This document shows, piece after piece, positions 62,601 through 64,000 of a stretch of DNA of 64,000 nt. Below the pieces are notes generated by a model. The model worked only from the letters and a program-made list of their open reading frames with translations. It did no database searches and had not been told where the DNA came from. The stretch comes from Trichodelitschia bisporula. Lineage: Eukaryota. Each line of letters starts with the position of its first letter. Within the stretch, counting starts at the first letter, position 1. Where the stretch lies: NCBI GenBank assembly GCA_010356995.1, contig ML996698.1, positions 1-64,000 of the forward strand, written 5' to 3'. The position numbers and the translations under genes are program-made.

Positions 62601-63383
62601 TTGACCTTCTCGAGTTCCCGCTCCTATCCAACTGTCAGCTTCCGGTCCCACAAAGTTCAGGCATCGGATCGATCATCTGGCAGGGCAAATGGACTTATAA
62701 ACAGCAGCTTCCGAGCCCGGCCTCCCGACTGAGCGTCAAGGCACGCCGATGCCTCTGCCTCCACCAAGTCCCTCCCGGTGCCAGTACACGCATCTAGCTC
62801 ATCCAGCGCTCCAATCCGCAAAAGAAATAGCAACGGATCTAATAGGCAACCCACCAGTCGAAAGAAAAAGGTAGCCTTATTCGCCTGCAACGCCTGCTGC
62901 GGATCAACGACCTCACCAGGCGCAATCCCCTCATTCTGAGCCGGGAGGATAGGCGTCGCGCTCAGCGCCTTGATAAGCTGTAGGAACTATCAGCATCCAT
63001 CTCAACCCCAAAAGAACGGGGGAAGGGTATCGCTATACCTTTTTCAGCGCCTTGTAATCCACAAAGCTCGCTGCATACTCTGGAATCTCCAGCTGGCGCT
63101 TCTGGATATGCTTGCCGAACTTCCTGTTAGTAGCAGGGGCGCGTCAACACAGAATAGACAAACAAAAAACAGCGCCGTCTTACGCTGGTGTCAAATTCAA
63201 AGAGGGAGTCTAGGGAGTCATGGCGGGGCATGGTACACGACGACGACAACGACAACACGGAAAGTAGGAAGGGTTCACACGAAAATTCAAGCGGGAGGAA
63301 AAATTCAAGGGTTAGGGTTTGGGGAAGGGGACGGGTAAGGGAGGGGGAAGGGATTGCATGAAGCGGTAGCGGAAAACGTACAT
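59603..63383 (-). CDS. PHO81: SPX-ankyrin-GDPD cyclin-dependent kinase inhibitor PHO81 / NUC-2
   Basis: AT|G KFGKHIQKRQL..YKALKK, FFFRL|ERELEKVN.FYLQKE, NAAAFSKILKK|WDK (SPX); multiple ankyrin repeats; PPPIIPVRRYGHNFLD; THFATYWK; NWKQPNYPV; ends LRFNDSVDM*. Confidence 0.97.
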
Positions 63384-63808
63384 GGTGTTCACGGGTTATC
63401 AACGAGCCGCCTCCTTGCAGCAAGGCCTCGTAACGGGGTAGCGTCCGCTCGCCGCGGACACCTCAGCCTGCAGCGAGCAGAGAGGGGCAAGCGGTTCGAC
63501 AAGCGTGGGGTGCAAAGAATCTCGAACAGACAGCCGTCAGCTACGTTTTCTGCCCTGAACTCGGTGCCAACGCAACGGGGGGGATCCGGAGATCTGGGTT
63601 GGCAGAGTCAGCGCGTACAGCGGGAGGGGGATGGGGGACGCAGCGAATGGGCCAGCACACAGCGCGGTGTTCAATGGCCGAAAGGGGAAACTGGGGGGGA
63701 AAAGAATGCGAGAGATGGGGCAGATGGTGTACCTCTTGAGGCGTTGGGGGAGCGGCGTGCAGGGCGGCGTTAGCAACGAATTCCGAGCACTTCGCCCTAT
63801 GGCGCGGG

Positions 63809-63814
63809 AACGTG
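63809..63814 (-). promoter_or_regulatory. Possible Pho4/NUC-1-type CACGTT site upstream of PHO81
   Basis: CACGTT about 430 nt upstream of the start. PHO81 is a Pho4 target in yeast, but a single hexamer is weak evidence. Confidence 0.25.
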
Positions 63815-64000
63815 GCCGGGATACGAGGCGTGAGGCGTACCCTTGACCTGTCCAAAGGCTGACGATGAGAGGATCGGAGAAGCCTAAATGGCTCGAAGGA
63901 CAGAATGCTGCGTTGTTGGCGGAGCTGGCTGCCTCGGTCGTGGGGAGGTGATGCAGTATGTTGAAAGATGCAGGTGGTGAGGGGTGGGGTGGGTCTCGAC

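Noticed and set aside
63309..63320. Telomere-like GGGTTAGGGTTT, considered as a telomerase RNA template
   Set aside because: Only about 1.5 repeats, inside PHO81 intron 1, with no supporting TER structure visible.
4898..63338. Frequent Reb1-like TTACCCG words
   Set aside because: About 10 seen versus roughly 8 expected for a 7-mer on both strands; not enriched.
6503..63383. Apparent phospholipid/inositol/phosphate theme (PI-PLC-like, PCT1, ITR, LST8, PHO81)
   Set aside because: The genes are tens of kb apart and interleaved with unrelated housekeeping genes; no evidence of a cluster.

Overview
Gene-dense window from a filamentous ascomycete (Pezizomycotina, probably a Dothideomycete), judged by its spliceosomal GT..CTRAC..YAG introns, which are mostly only 39-55 nt long. 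It opens with the 3' part of an intact Ty3/gypsy chromovirus: protease end, RT, RNase H, integrase, chromodomain, PPT and LTR. A 'Russian-doll' stack of nested solo LTRs with readable 5-bp target-site duplications follows. The rest is about 22 host genes: SUR7/PalI, PI-PLC-like, NAT2/FAM210, PNGase A, EamA, SOK1, PCT1, PTC2/3, an FMN alpha-hydroxyacid oxidase next to a VOC dioxygenase, an inositol transporter, LST8, a mitochondrial carrier, acyltransferase-3, a GPI-type Cys-rich protein, OPT, COA1, PHO81/NUC-2 and several conserved hypotheticals. There is also a tRNA-Arg(CCG), two apparent pseudogenes (a chitin-binding protein and a NACHT/NLR stub), a 438-nt assembly gap and a 75-nt poly-G run. 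The most notable observations are five. (1) The PHO81 start codon is split by a long intron that carries internal splice signals. (2) A peroxisomal SKL signal exists only if a terminal intron is spliced. (3) An orientation-independent C/A-rich then G/T-rich skew wave runs through many genes. (4) The LTRs are nested. (5) An unexplained single-strand CAAGGC repeat mosaic lies in a long intergenic region. I found no clear-cut novel multi-gene system. All family assignments come from motif recognition by eye, not database searches.
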